From assembly GCF_006345805.1 (NCBI RefSeq), contig NC_043003.1, positions 72,664,001 through 72,728,000 of the forward strand: a DNA stretch of 64,000 nt, written 5' to 3'. Position 1 is the stretch's first letter. Each line of letters opens with the position of its first letter. Source of the DNA: Octopus sinensis (lineage: Eukaryota). The translations under genes were made by a program, and so were the position numbers. Positions 62,560 to 64,000 of this stretch are shown piece after piece. Below the pieces are notes generated by a model. The model searched no databases. It was not told where the DNA came from and saw nothing but the letters and a program-made list of their open reading frames with translations.

Positions 62560-63680
62560 GGAATAGTGGTTTATTTTTAGCCAAGTATTTCTTCTACAGT
62601 TTCCTTAGTAGGAAGATTGCATCCATGGTACCTTGAGACATGAAGCCAAATTGCATTTCATCTAGGTCTACCAGTCACAAATCAGTTGTGCTATATGACT
62701 CTCTCTCTCTCTCTCTGATATTCATAACCTGATCCAGTAGCTTGCTTCCTCTATAGATCCTTCTCTTTAATGTGTCTCCTCTGCCTTTGTAGCAGTTTAT
62801 GATGATACTACTAGACATTGGATTTGATTCCTTCTTGTATAAATTGATTGTTTATCCTAGCAATAATCATGTACCCTGTCTCACCAAATATTTTGAGCAT
62901 CTTCTCAACTATCCTTAATGGGCTGGCAATTTTCCCTGTTCTCATGTCCTTCATTGCTCAATCTATCACACTGCTGTTAGTTTGAACTACTCGTCCCTCT
63001 GTAGGTTTAGCATGAGATTATAACCCTTTATCCCATGCTCTTTCCACATTCAATAATCTCCCATCAGATCAAATCCATGCTTATTTCTTGTCTTCCATAT
63101 CAGTGGTGAACATACTTTCGTCATTCTGAATACTTTTCTCACCAATGACACCGTGGTCCTTTCTCACATGCTGTCTTGCAATCTTCAACAACACATGCTC
63201 TGATCCTGATGTTACAAGACATTTTCAAGTCTCTTCCTTAGCCAAGTATAACTTCTAGCTTATACTTGTATGCCTTTCTAAGCCATTTGAAAATGCTTCC
63301 TATTACCACCTTCTTTCCAGCATTTCCAACACTGTCTCTTAACGCTTACTACTTGTCATCCACATCATTCTGCCACCATGTTACTTTTAGCTTAGCTGGA
63401 ATTTTGCTCCAACCACATATCTGAGTTGTAGCCTTAAGCAGGTTATTTTAGAGGAACACACAGTTTTCACTTAGGCTACAGGTATCAAACTCAACTTTCC
63501 TACAGTCACAAAATTAGAATTTTTAAAAATCTGTTCCCAATTTCAGGATCTTTTAGTTTCCATATCTTCTTTCTCCATGTTGTCTTTCATTTCTGTGCCT
63601 GCCAGCTTCTGACTCTGACGTAACTAGTTACTAATCTATGTTGTGTTGTGCATTCTTCACCAGGAAAGGTACATACACTC
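62560..63680 (-). mobile_element. Old RTE LINE fragment
   Basis: The minus strand matches the linker/RT start of the 20550 element (VTWWQNDV, IGEKSI, MRTGKIASP, NCYKGRGD, LDEMQFGF). Heavily degraded. Confidence 0.75.
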
Positions 63681-63758
63681 TTACACATACACATAATATA
63701 TGCATGTATGCAGTCATATCAACAGACAATTGTAAGTTTCTCTCTCTCCCCACCTCTC

Positions 63759-63813
<55 letters not shown>

Positions 63814-64000
63814 GTATATGTGCATACATGTGTATGTGGGTGGCTGTTTGTATGTGTGAATATGTGTAATATATTCCAGTATATTTTTAACCATAAGTAA
63901 ACAAAAAAAAAAAATGAAAAAAGAAGATATTAATAATATACATACAAACATATATATGTATATAAACATATATATCAAGAATCTAAAAATGTTTTAGAAG

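Overview
This is AT-rich, repeat-dense animal genomic DNA. The SINE/RTE repeat landscape resembles an octopod cephalopod (inference from recalled repeat families, not a search). Three spliced + strand genes can be reconstructed: a glutaredoxin-2-like gene (2 coding exons, 120 aa, CPHC active site), FOPNL/FOR20/CEP20 (4 exons, 132 aa, LisH domain), and exon 1 of a 5'(3')-deoxyribonucleotidase (NT5M/NT5C-like; no further exons recognised in the window). The rest is mostly decayed mobile DNA: Tc1 and mariner, a hATm-like element, piggyBac-type and fold-back MITEs, Helitrons, RTE, HERO, R4/Dong, L1/Tx1, Gypsy, Penelope-like elements and tRNA-derived SINEs. Three observations stand out. (1) A 548-bp solo LTR with a GGTA target-site duplication sits in an RTE LINE ORF; LTR plus TSD form a frame-restoring spliceosomal intron (GTATGT ... 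TGCTAAT ... TTACAG). (2) FOPNL intron 3 holds a ~1.86-kb spacer-less palindrome made of two head-to-head Penelope GIY-YIG 3' ends, each with a hammerhead-ribozyme-like fold. (3) A second, Neptune-type hammerhead-like motif occurs twice. Repeat boundaries were read by eye and are approximate unless termini or TSDs are quoted.
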